A stretch of DNA of 53,098 nt from a virus. Lineage: Duplodnaviria; Caudoviricetes. The position numbers and the translations under genes were made by a program. The DNA lies in IMG/VR virus record IMGVR_UViG_3300030090_000465, positions 1-53,098 of that record; one strand, 5' to 3'. The notes under the pieces are model-generated. The model was not told the DNA's origin. It saw only the letters and a list, made by a program, of their open reading frames with translations, and made no database searches. Positions 8,314 through 16,579 of the stretch are shown piece after piece; position 1 is the first letter of the stretch; each line of letters begins with the position of its first letter.

Positions 8314-10306
8314 TATTTTGCATCCCTATAATTTGAGCCATAATAGCTGCTTCTTCTGGATCATTGAGTATTTCATCAGGATCAAGATCAAGCGAGTATG
8401 CAAGCTCTCCAATGAGTTTATTAATCTTAACAAACGGAGCAATAGCAGGATTCTGTACACTTTGAAGAAAAGTAGTAAGCCTTTGGCTTCGTACTTCCTT
8501 CTGCATAAGACTTGCTGTACCAGTAGCCTTAACTTCTAAGTCTCCTTCTACGCCCAACTTACTTTCTAAGAATTGCATATTCCATTGAAAGTACGCTTCC
8601 CCTAAAGGCTTTAAAAGAAAGTCATCAAGATTTTTAATAACAGTCTTTATGTTTAGTGAAGCTGCTCCAAGTAGCATCGACATACCTGATGCTGTTCTTG
8701 TCATACTTTGAACACCTGTTTGTCCATGAGAGTAACTAGGTATTCCTGTTTGTTCGTCTGCAAGTTGTCTAAACTTATCAAACATCATCATGTTTTCTGT
8801 AGATGTATTAGGAAACTTCAAACCATTTATAGCTGTACCCGGAACTCCTGCTTGTCTGCGGAATACTTTACCCGGATATATTTCCATACTCTGTCCACCT
8901 ACAAGGGCGGTTTCATCTACATCAAATACTAATGATCCTGATAGTGCTAGATTATCTATTGCCATACGAGCATGACCATTCATAATCTTTTGAGAGTCAT
9001 CCATGTTCTCAGCAACACCAATACCAAAAAAACTATAAGGATTTTTTTCATAAGAGAAAGCATGGTAAGGAATACGGTGTGGCGTAAATGGATTTACAAC
9101 TGCTCTTAATACTTTTCCATTTGAAACCCAAGCATTAATCTGTACTTCATCTAAATCATCTACATCATCACTTAGCTCCATGCCTACTTCTCTGGCATAC
9201 TGAGCATCCATAATGCCCCAATACTCTAGTACTTCATACTTAGCAGAACCCATGTCAGACATTCTATTATCGTCTTTTAGTTCATACTCATAATCTTTTT
9301 CTTCGTAGCTTGGCCCCATTTCAAGACACATTCGTATTTGATCTTTATTAAAATAAGGGAGCTTAGACAAACTTCTAAATTGTGAACGATTAAGTTTATG
9401 TCTATGAATTACATATTCACATTCATCTATGCTAGTTGCATTAGGGTCTGGAAAAAAATCCCAAATACTTACAAACTCAATTCGAGGCACACGAACTTGA
9501 ACAGGATTATAAGTACGCTCTCCATCTTCATCAGTCCATCTATTTAATGTTTTATTAAAATTAAATGGGCCTTTAACAATTCCTGTTCCAAATAGAGATG
9601 CTTCAAACAAAGAACTTCTTATTTCACTAGCACCATTAGATTCTTCTATTTGATCATGAATTAACTTTTCCATGCGTCTTGCTGCTTTTTGTGCAGGTTT
9701 TATTTCTGGAAGTTGTGGATTTGCAGAAGCTCCTTCAGTTAAAGAATCTTGGGCTTTTTTATCTAAATGTCCTTCAAACTTACCAGTACCATAAGTAGCA
9801 CCTGCTTTTAAAGTTCTACCATCTCCTTCATAACCTACATCATAAGGACTTTCTACTTCTTCTTCACCTTCTTCACCCATGCTAGTTTCAATTCCCGGCA
9901 CAGGATTATTAGTATCTAGGTGTGCAATTTCTGGAATACCTTCTGGTATTTTAGTTTCTGACACACCTATAGGAAACTTATTGCCTCCAAAGATAACATC
10001 TACTAATTGACCAAAAGCTGCAAGAACTTTTGTTTTAGTAACTTTTACAAATACTCTGGATTTTTCTGATTCTCTAAACTTTACATTTTTAGGATACAGC
10101 CCACGATAATTATGATAGGATGTCATCCATCTGTTTTCATCAGCATCTCTAGCTAACTCAGCAGAAGTAAATCTGTCTTGTATAAGTCCGGCAAGTTTAT
10201 TATTTAAATCTTCTTCAAGATTTAAGTTCATACCCTCTTCATCATCTACTGATTCAAAGTAAAGACCATCAGCGTTTTGTATTAAAGTATTTTCTTCTTC
10301 AGCCAT
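8117..10306 (-). CDS. Portal (head-to-tail connector) protein
   Basis: 729 aa; ESEKSRVFVKVTKTKVLAAFGQ, VSIWDFFPDP and RTASGMSML motifs; located between terminase and scaffold genes. Confidence 0.92.
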   Translation of the reverse strand: MAEEENTLIQNADGLYFESVDDEEGMNLNLEEDLNNKLAGLIQDRFTSAELARDADENRWMTSYHNYRGLYPKNVKFRESEKSRVFVKVTKTKVLAAFGQLVDVIFGGNKFPIGVSETKIPEGIPEIAHLDTNNPVPGIETSMGEEGEEEVESPYDVGYEGDGRTLKAGATYGTGKFEGHLDKKAQDSLTEGASANPQLPEIKPAQKAARRMEKLIHDQIEESNGASEIRSSLFEASLFGTGIVKGPFNFNKTLNRWTDEDGERTYNPVQVRVPRIEFVSIWDFFPDPNATSIDECEYVIHRHKLNRSQFRSLSKLPYFNKDQIRMCLEMGPSYEEKDYEYELKDDNRMSDMGSAKYEVLEYWGIMDAQYAREVGMELSDDVDDLDEVQINAWVSNGKVLRAVVNPFTPHRIPYHAFSYEKNPYSFFGIGVAENMDDSQKIMNGHARMAIDNLALSGSLVFDVDETALVGGQSMEIYPGKVFRRQAGVPGTAINGLKFPNTSTENMMMFDKFRQLADEQTGIPSYSHGQTGVQSMTRTASGMSMLLGAASLNIKTVIKNLDDFLLKPLGEAYFQWNMQFLESKLGVEGDLEVKATGTASLMQKEVRSQRLTTFLQSVQNPAIAPFVKINKLIGELAYSLDLDPDEILNDPEEAAIMAQIIGMQNNVGQATGETPLTPNEQQGVMGSPDGTPQQPQDLGVTGTGGGNIGTGNVPQSGEDQFSGTPRAVEG

Positions 10307-10321
10307 ATTAAAACCTTAAAC

Positions 10322-10356
10322 AACCACGAACGCCACCAAAGGCAGCGTCCATGATT
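10322..10356 (-). promoter_or_regulatory. 16-bp G.U-rich RNA hairpin (terminator or processing site)
   Basis: AAUCAUGGACGCUGCC-UUU-GGUGGCGUUCGUGGUU pairs fully only on the - strand RNA. Confidence 0.55.
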
Positions 10357-10369
10357 AAACAGTTATGAT

Positions 10370-10960
10370 CTATTGATCAGGTGTTGTACCCATGTGTAAG
10401 AACTGAACTAAGTAAGTCACAGTCGTTGCTGCCGTAGCAAGATTATTTGCTAATGGCGTAAGACGAGCATGAAGTGTTCTTGCACTAGCTGTATACAAAG
10501 TACCTGCTATAACAATAGCTTCACTTGTAGCAGGGCCACCAACCACACCTGCTGTAGTAGATGTACTTACAAATTGGTTTGCTGCATGACCATGTGAGTT
10601 TTGAATAATATACAACGGTGCATTAGCTGACCAAGTTACTGCTGAACCGCCATCATCTAAGATAGCTTTTTGATCAATAATTTGACCGCCACCTGCTGAA
10701 GTACCTAAATCAAAATCAACATCATCGCCTGAAGCTCCTGCTGTAACAATGTTACCTGCCGGAATAGCAATAAGGTTACGAATAATTGTATCAGCAGGTT
10801 GTGTAAAACTAACATCAGTATTTGTATCAGCCGTAACTGCAATAGTTCCTGTAGTTACAGAAGTCCAAGAATGTACCATATTCTCAGCCATCTCTCTTAC
10901 ATCACCTGTTCTAGCAGAGTTTCTGCCTGTATCTCTAACATTATATACTGGATTTGCCAT
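10370..10960 (-). CDS. Putative structural/decoration protein
   Basis: 196 aa, T/A/G-rich beta-type composition, in the late operon. Confidence 0.65.
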   Translation of the reverse strand: MANPVYNVRDTGRNSARTGDVREMAENMVHSWTSVTTGTIAVTADTNTDVSFTQPADTIIRNLIAIPAGNIVTAGASGDDVDFDLGTSAGGGQIIDQKAILDDGGSAVTWSANAPLYIIQNSHGHAANQFVSTSTTAGVVGGPATSEAIVIAGTLYTASARTLHARLTPLANNLATAATTVTYLVQFLHMGTTPDQ

Positions 10961-10996
10961 TGGTTATTTCCTCGCTTGAGTTATAAAATTATTTTA

Positions 10997-12673
10997 CTAA
11001 TAGCCAAATTCGCTATCAGCCGGGGTATAAGCCTGTTCCAAATGTAGATTTCTTATTCTGCTAAAAGAATCTTGTATTCTTGGTCTAGACATTATTAAGT
11101 AGCGCAGAGCATCATAAGCGTGATCTGGCGCGTGAGTATCAACATCTTCAGGGTTTGAACGATCCAGAGGAATACTTTGTAGCTCCCGTATCAGGTTAGG
11201 ACAAGTATTAAATATCTGTAGTCGTGGCCTACCGCTTTGTTGCACTTTTAAGTATTCGTGGATTTGTATCTTTCCTTGTATCCTATTTTTATCGGCCCTT
11301 CGTAGTTTATGACCTGCACGAATTAAGGACTCACCTACTGTTGGGCCTGTAGTTCCTGTCCTAGCCCACGCTGCCGTGTCTAAAACCCCTTGAACTGAAT
11401 AAGGATCACTTAATTCCATTTGAGTAATCCTATCTCCTAAATCTTCTCCCGTCAAACCTTTTTGATATAATTCTCTATAAATTATAAGAGTACCGTCTGA
11501 TGGGTCTACCGTTCCCCATACACAAGAACTTTCAGAAGCATATCCATAGTCAATACCTTTTGTACGTTCCCACGATATAGGAATTTCAAAAGGTGTAATA
11601 ACGTGTACGTCTTGTTCAAACTCGGTAAAGGCTGCTCCTTCATTAACATCCCAATTACCTTCTAAAAGCTGCTTCCTTTGAGTTGGAGGCAATGCTTTTA
11701 GCATTTCTTCATATCTACCATCTTCAGCTAAGTAAGGATTGTCATCTAGCCTAGCCGGAATAAACTTTCGAGTTAGATTGTCTTCTCCAGTAAACGATTC
11801 GTTAGGTGGATGTGGATCAACATATCTCTTCTTTACCCATGTAGCTCCAACACCACCGGGGTTTGCTGTACACCGCATATAGGGTGTAATCTCAGGGTCG
11901 GTCGTTCTTAGGCGAGAAGCGAGATAATTCCATCCAAACTCAGTGGGCAAGTGAGTAATCTCGTCAAAACCAATCCAAGAATAGGCTTGGCCTTGATACC
12001 GATAGACATCGGCATCTCGCTCTAAGAAGCCGAACTCTACTTTGGCTCCGCTTGGGAAGTTCCAAAGTTTTTCAACCTCTTTGTACTTACACCCCGGAAA
12101 TGCTTTGGGGTAAAGTTCCCTACTTTTATCTATGAGTTCTCTTAACTCTGGCATAGACCTTCTAAGTATTAACGCCCTGTGTGCTGCTCTGTGTGCAAAA
12201 CGTAGCGGGTCAATAAGCATAGCATAAGACTTTCCACCACCTGCTGCACCACCATAAAGTACATCACGCTCTGGTGCTGCTAAGAAGTCTGTTTGAGGCC
12301 CAGTGTTAGGTTTAAATATAACATTGTCATCGACTTCTTGCTTTAGAGCTTTAGGTACTTTATCTAGTATATCTTCAGTAACAACTTTATTAGTTGTTTT
12401 CTTTTCTAGTTTGTTTAATGTTTCTTTAGAAGCATTTAATGAATTTCGTTTAGCTTCTAATCTTTGTTTTAATTTTTCTGTTCTTCTTTCTTTATCTTTA
12501 ACTGCTCGTCTTGCTTTAATCTTTGCCTTAGTCTCAGAGTGGTAGTTATACCCTCTACCTTTAGACCCTTTGGGCCTTCCGGTCTTTTTACGGGGAGTAC
12601 CATCTTTTTTAAGTATGAAGTTCCCATCTTCATCAGTCAGGTAGTTCTGTGGATTCTCTTTCCAATCTTCCAT
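10997..12673 (-). CDS. terL: Terminase large subunit
   Basis: Walker A YGGAAGGGKS, Walker B WIGFDE, TANPGG coupling motif, nuclease GIDYG and DHAYDALRY. Confidence 0.96.
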   Translation of the reverse strand: MEDWKENPQNYLTDEDGNFILKKDGTPRKKTGRPKGSKGRGYNYHSETKAKIKARRAVKDKERRTEKLKQRLEAKRNSLNASKETLNKLEKKTTNKVVTEDILDKVPKALKQEVDDNVIFKPNTGPQTDFLAAPERDVLYGGAAGGGKSYAMLIDPLRFAHRAAHRALILRRSMPELRELIDKSRELYPKAFPGCKYKEVEKLWNFPSGAKVEFGFLERDADVYRYQGQAYSWIGFDEITHLPTEFGWNYLASRLRTTDPEITPYMRCTANPGGVGATWVKKRYVDPHPPNESFTGEDNLTRKFIPARLDDNPYLAEDGRYEEMLKALPPTQRKQLLEGNWDVNEGAAFTEFEQDVHVITPFEIPISWERTKGIDYGYASESSCVWGTVDPSDGTLIIYRELYQKGLTGEDLGDRITQMELSDPYSVQGVLDTAAWARTGTTGPTVGESLIRAGHKLRRADKNRIQGKIQIHEYLKVQQSGRPRLQIFNTCPNLIRELQSIPLDRSNPEDVDTHAPDHAYDALRYLIMSRPRIQDSFSRIRNLHLEQAYTPADSEFGY

Positions 12674-12890
12674 TCGTTATAATTTTCTTTAGCCCTGTAT
12701 GGCTTAAAGACCTCCCAGTTTTATGTTCTATCCAAAGACTTCCTTCTCGTAAAGAAAGTATACCCTCTTTTACCATAGAAGACACATTCTTTAAAACTTC
12801 TAATTGATTTTCTATAGGCTTTAAAGTTTTATTATCTTCAGATAGTTCATACCCAAATGGGATTGTACTACTCGATCTCCGCTTTTGCAT
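12633..12890 (-). CDS. Small DNA-binding protein resembling the recombinase domain of serine recombinases (no catalytic domain)
   Basis: TIPFGYEL...SLREGSLWI...LSHTGLKKII. Confidence 0.6.
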   Translation of the reverse strand: MQKRRSSSTIPFGYELSEDNKTLKPIENQLEVLKNVSSMVKEGILSLREGSLWIEHKTGRSLSHTGLKKIITNGRLERESTELPD

Positions 12891-13260
12891 CTATAATAAT
12901 CTCATCTTTAGCCGGGAGTATGAATAAACCACCTTCTACTTTGTGATTAACATCCATCCTTTCTTGCTTACCCAAGCCAGTTCTATCTAAGATAGTTTGA
13001 GCGGCTTGGAGCCTAATGTTAGCCTGTGGAATTGGATTATCGGATTCCATAACATCCACAAGTTTCATAGCTGCTTTAGGTGCGGATTGCGCGAGTATGT
13101 TAGAGGCTAGTTCGATTATTTCGTTTTTAAGTGCTTGTACGACTTGCCAATGTCCATTTTCGGAATATCCGGCTAACTTTGCAGCTTTCTTAGGATCACC
13201 CCCTGTTTCTATCAGATGGTCTAAAAAAGTCTGTTGCTTGACTGTTAATTCTTTTTTCAT
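12868..13260 (-). CDS. terS: Terminase small subunit
   Basis: Likely start MKKELTVKQQTFLD; AAKLAGYS HTH motif; upstream of terL. Confidence 0.8.
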   Translation of the reverse strand: MKKELTVKQQTFLDHLIETGGDPKKAAKLAGYSENGHWQVVQALKNEIIELASNILAQSAPKAAMKLVDVMESDNPIPQANIRLQAAQTILDRTGLGKQERMDVNHKVEGGLFILPAKDEIIIDAKAEIE

Positions 13261-13270
13261 AATACTGTAT

Positions 13271-13299
13271 ATTATACATAGTTTTACAAGGTTTGTCAA
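13271..13299 (-). promoter_or_regulatory. Consensus sigma70 promoter driving the late arm
   Basis: TTGACA (13299-13294), 17-nt spacer, TATAAT (13276-13271). Confidence 0.88.
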
Positions 13300-13328
13300 G
13301 TAAATAATGTAATAAAGTGTAACACCTA

Positions 13329-13357
13329 TTGACAAATTAAAGATTTATATGTATAAT
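13329..13357 (+). promoter_or_regulatory. Consensus sigma70 promoter, rightward
   Basis: TTGACA (13329-13334), 17-nt spacer, TATAAT (13352-13357). Confidence 0.88.
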
Positions 13358-13404
13358 ACTATAGAACCCACCGGGGTTCACTACATCCCATACAGCCCCG
13401 ACTC

Positions 13405-13790
13405 TTCCTCTAAAGACACTCTAGAGACTTTAGAGTTCCCGCCCTAACTGGTTGACACTCTAAAACCCTCCAAAATGTATTTGTATTAGTATATATATAT
13501 GGGGAGTGGGGTGGCCTCCTGCCTAGCCCTATAGAGTATAGGATATACTCTAGAGGGCTAAGAAATCTTCAAAGTCCTTGACTTTGAAAACTCTAGAACT
13601 CTCTGGAATCTTCCAAGATTCCAAAGAAACTTTAAAGTTCTCCGTAGACCTTCGGTCTAAACTTTCTAGTTTCCATAAATCTCAAGAGATTTATAAGTCT
13701 CTAAAGTAAACTTTAGAGTCTCTTGAATCTCAAAAGATTCAATAACTTAACAACTTATCCTTCCAACTTAGAAACTCTCTGGAGAGTTTA
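13405..13790. repeat. Non-coding array of degenerate palindromic octamers CT(C/T)TA(A/G)AG; probable genome-end/packaging region
   Basis: At least 12 variants (ctctaaag, ctctagag, ctttagag, ctatagag, ctttaaag, ctcaagag, ctctggag), plus a (TA)n tract and a G-rich tract at about 13490-13514. Confidence 0.65.
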
Positions 13791-13943
13791 TAAATTCTAC
13801 CTGATTCTTCGCATATTTTCCACACGATTTAACTCGTTAAATTCCCGCCAAAACGCACCAAGAATAAAGAGTTCCGGCTTAATCCTAAAAAATCGCCTGT
13901 TTTCAACGCATAATGCGTAGGAAAAATCATGCACATTTTTTTG

Positions 13944-13973
13944 TTGACAAAAATTTTTGGCTATGCCTTTAAT
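13944..13973 (+). promoter_or_regulatory. Candidate early sigma70 promoter
   Basis: TTGACA, 18-nt spacer, TTTAAT, upstream of the first early ORF. Confidence 0.5.
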
Positions 13974-14022
13974 AGAAACCGTCAACAACGACACCACAAC
14001 TTTTAAACTCAAGGAGTTTATA

Positions 14023-14184
14023 ATGAAAAAACTATTAAATAGCTACGCTAAAAATCCATTTAGTATTACTTTGATTCGAAAGATTGAAGCTCATGTTAGA
14101 AAACATCCGTTTTCTATAATGGGTTTGACCCAAGCAGAACAGGATGTTCTGGATGATGTTCTGCTTTTAGCAGAAAATATTTAA
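14023..14184 (+). CDS. Early hypothetical protein (53 aa)
   Basis: AAGGAG RBS before MKKLLNSYAK. Confidence 0.7.
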   Translation: MKKLLNSYAKNPFSITLIRKIEAHVRKHPFSIMGLTQAEQDVLDDVLLLAENI

Positions 14185-14207
14185 TTTTAATTATCTATCA
14201 ATGAAAA

Positions 14208-14251
14208 GAACTTTTAAGTCCCTTTACGTAGTGAAGGGACATAAAAGGTTC
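14208..14251 (+). promoter_or_regulatory. Long hairpin 1 (RNase III-like site)
   Basis: CTTTTAAGTCCCTTTAC-GTA-GTGAAGGGACATAAAAG. Confidence 0.6.
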
Positions 14252-14301
14252 CCAAAGTTTTCAACGGCAATTTCGCCACCAAATGAACCGGAGGTTCAAC
14301 C

Positions 14302-14850
14302 ATGTCAAATTTTGACTTCGCTACAATCGACTCAACCCGTCCTGCTTCTTTGAAGCAAATTTTTGCTGTAAGCAATAGGTTCTTAAAACCTGCTGCTAAA
14401 ACTTTAGGAGTTTCTGGAGTGCAGGTTAATAAAATCTTACGGCCCAGAATAACTGCCGTTATTCAGAGCATGGAGCCAAATCATGGAATGATTCAGAAAT
14501 GGTTCAAGTCACAGACTTGTCCCAAGAAAATCTTGGACTTAATCAAGACCGATGGTCTTGGAGATAAGCCAAAGGCTTCCAAGAAGTCAACGACTTCTAC
14601 CAAGCCAAAGGCTACCAAGAAAGTTAAAACTTCTCCCAAGCCAAAGGCTACTCCGAAAGTTTCAGAGGAGCCAGAGGCTCCTAAGTCGGCTTCTGGCAAC
14701 AAGTCTTGGAAGGCTACTTCCAAGTCTGACGAGTTTAGTCAAAGACTAACTATTCTGGAAGCCATGCAGTCTCAAACATCGGAAGATGTTCAAAGTATTA
14801 AATCTGCAATGGAATCCCTTGTAGCTTCGCTAGGCGGTCTTAACTCTTAA
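14302..14850 (+). CDS. Early protein with a histone-like K/P/A/S/T-rich segment
   Basis: 182 aa, GGAGG RBS, KPKASKK/KPKATKK/KPKATPK repeats, C-terminal coiled coil. Confidence 0.8.
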   Translation: MSNFDFATIDSTRPASLKQIFAVSNRFLKPAAKTLGVSGVQVNKILRPRITAVIQSMEPNHGMIQKWFKSQTCPKKILDLIKTDGLGDKPKASKKSTTSTKPKATKKVKTSPKPKATPKVSEEPEAPKSASGNKSWKATSKSDEFSQRLTILEAMQSQTSEDVQSIKSAMESLVASLGGLNS

Positions 14851-14859
14851 ATCTTAACT

Positions 14860-14880
14860 GCCCCCTTCGGGGGGCTTCTT
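14860..14880 (+). terminator. Hairpin terminator (UUCG tetraloop)
   Basis: GCCCCC-TTCG-GGGGGC-TTCTT. Confidence 0.75.
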
Positions 14881-14891
14881 GGAGTTTTATT

Positions 14892-15098
14892 ATGTTTATA
14901 TATTTTAAATTAATTTTATGTTTGTTAAATCCTTCTCTCCGGTTAGTTAGATATAATAACTATAAGTTTTTATCGGCTTCAGATTTGTATAAAGTTGACA
15001 GATATTCAAGATCTAAAAAAATATTATCTATTCATATAGTTAAATCTACTGGGGATAACTCCCACAAAGATTGGTGTTTTAGACCTATAAAATTTTAA
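14892..15098 (+). CDS. Early hypothetical protein
   Basis: 68-aa ORF with GGAG RBS. Confidence 0.5.
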   Translation: MFIYFKLILCLLNPSLRLVRYNNYKFLSASDLYKVDRYSRSKKILSIHIVKSTGDNSHKDWCFRPIKF

Positions 15099-15111
15099 AT
15101 AAATATTTAAA

Positions 15112-15157
15112 TAGTCTTTTAAGTACCTTCAGGTAGTGAAGGTACTTAGAAAGACTA
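15112..15157 (+). promoter_or_regulatory. Long hairpin 2 (RNase III-like site)
   Basis: TAGTCTTTTAAGTACCTTCA-GGTAG-TGAAGGTACTTAGAAAGACTA. Confidence 0.65.
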
Positions 15158-15178
15158 CAAACACTTTGGAGAGCGATT

Positions 15179-15376
15179 ATGGCTACACAAGTTGTATTAG
15201 TAAAAAAAGTTTATTGGAATGGTTCGCTTCAAGGTTATAAACCTATGAATCGTTATGCTACTCAAGTTTTAGATTTACTAGGGCGAGGCCGTAGTAAGTT
15301 TACTGAACAAAATATAAGAGATTTAGAAAATCTTGAATTTGTAATTCAAACTGCTCAAGAGGGTCTTTATGAATAA
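15179..15376 (+). CDS. Early hypothetical protein
   Basis: 65 aa, GGAGA RBS. Confidence 0.7.
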   Translation: MATQVVLVKKVYWNGSLQGYKPMNRYATQVLDLLGRGRSKFTEQNIRDLENLEFVIQTAQEGLYE

Positions 15377-15539
15377 TAATAATTTAAACGATCAAATCAT
15401 AGAGTTTTTTAAATCTGATGGTAAAATAACTAAAGTTAAGGAGGGCGAGAGATCGCTTCCAGAATACCTTTGGTATAAAGAAACTTATCCTAAAAACTAT
15501 AAACTTAGACGAACCAATAGGAGTGCCAGAAATGTCTGA
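15369..15539 (+). CDS. Small protein with a SutA-like motif (56 aa)
   Basis: Manual translation MNNNNLNDQIIEFFKSDGKITKVKEGERS...; overlaps both flanking genes. Confidence 0.6.
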   Translation: MNNNNLNDQIIEFFKSDGKITKVKEGERSLPEYLWYKETYPKNYKLRRTNRSARNV

Positions 15540-15903
15540 ATATTTATTTAAAGATACTATTGATACAAGTAATTTCAAAGAGTATAAAAGTTTATTGCTC
15601 AGTCCTAAATCTGGAGATAAATTCTCTATAGATATTAATATTAAAAATGGTCAAAGATATTATAATGTTACTTGGGGTCGAAAATGGGCTACGTTTCGAC
15701 AGTCCTTTGGCTTTGGAGTTATTAAAATTAGCGTGGCTAAAGCCAGAGTATATTTAAAAAATTACTATTGGCGTAAAGCTGCTAGTGATGCCTTTGGCAG
15801 ATTTTGTGTAACTCAGCCATATTACCTTGATGAAACTAAAAATTATCATAAAGATAAGCCAAAGCGTAGAAGGTTACCTAAAAGATGGAGGGAGGATTAT
15901 TAA
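15532..15903 (+). CDS. Early hypothetical protein
   Basis: AGGAG RBS; contains a VTWGRKWATF motif. Confidence 0.7.
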   Translation: MSEYLFKDTIDTSNFKEYKSLLLSPKSGDKFSIDINIKNGQRYYNVTWGRKWATFRQSFGFGVIKISVAKARVYLKNYYWRKAASDAFGRFCVTQPYYLDETKNYHKDKPKRRRLPKRWREDY

Positions 15904-15979
15904 TATGGATAATCTAGGGGCTATGGGAATGGCCGTAGCAGTTTTGTTTGTAGTATTTATGGTAGTTAATATATTATTT

Positions 15980-16035
15980 TAGAAGTCTTTAAAACCCTTC
16001 TAACGAAGTGTAGAAGGGTTATTAAAGACGTTCTA
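15980..16035 (+). promoter_or_regulatory. Long hairpin 3 (RNase III-like site) upstream of the tRNA
   Basis: GTCTTTAAAACCCTTCTA-ACGAAGTG-TAGAAGGGTTATTAAAGAC. Confidence 0.6.
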
Positions 16036-16052
16036 CGGCTCGGTCAAACCGA

Positions 16053-16138
16053 GGACAGGTATGCAAGTGGTTAAAGCAAACAGTCTGTAAAACTGTCACC
16101 TTTAGGTTTCGTAGGTTCAAATCCTACCCTGTCCACCA
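16053..16138 (+). tRNA. tRNA-Tyr(GUA)
   Basis: Acceptor GGACAGG/CCTGTCC plus A-CCA; anticodon arm ACAGT-CTGTAAA-ACTGT; long variable arm; T arm GTAGG-TTCAAAT-CCTAC. Confidence 0.95.
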
Positions 16139-16211
16139 CTTAATGGAAGTAGGAGAGCAACTATGGAAGATTTAGACCATGATACTTTAATGGAATTAAT
16201 GGAGGAAATAT

Positions 16212-16370
16212 ATGATAAATTTTATTAAGGAATTAAATTTATGGTGTGAAGATCACTTTAATCATTTTGGTTTTTATCCTGTAGAATTTGAATATGAGGG
16301 GGTAGTTTATAACGATGAAGTCTTTTGGCCTTTGATTAATTTTAAAAAAATTAATAGGAGAAATATATGA
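16212..16370 (+). CDS. Small hypothetical protein (52 aa, ...FGFYPVEFEYEG...)
   Basis: GGAGG RBS; ATGA overlap with the next gene. Confidence 0.65.
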   Translation: MINFIKELNLWCEDHFNHFGFYPVEFEYEGVVYNDEVFWPLINFKKINRRNI

Positions 16371-16564
16371 TTAGTTTAAGACATGGTAGTCCATATGATA
16401 GAGGTGCTGCTGATAGTTATTATGGTAGACCTAAAGAACCTCATTACTATGAGGGAGCTAGTTACACCTCAAATAAAATAACAGATTTAAATACTAAAGA
16501 AATTAGTGACTACAATAAAGGTTATGATGACCAAGAAAAATCTGGAGTTAAAAAACAATATTAA
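16367..16564 (+). CDS. Conserved phage hypothetical protein
   Basis: RHGSPYDRGAADSYYGR motif. Confidence 0.75.
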   Translation: MISLRHGSPYDRGAADSYYGRPKEPHYYEGASYTSNKITDLNTKEISDYNKGYDDQEKSGVKKQY

Positions 16565-16579
16565 TATAGGAGAACCACA

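Noticed and set aside
12633-12890. Integrase or temperate lifestyle
   Set aside because: Only 85 aa, lacking a catalytic serine recombinase domain; no repressor or att site was recognised
13261-13335. Extended N-terminus of terS (155-aa call from 13335)
   Set aside because: The extension overlaps both promoters and lacks protein-like character; the start at 13260 fits the promoter position
13723-14012. Short ORFs in the intergenic repeat region
   Set aside because: No RBS, low complexity, overlapping on opposite strands; likely non-coding
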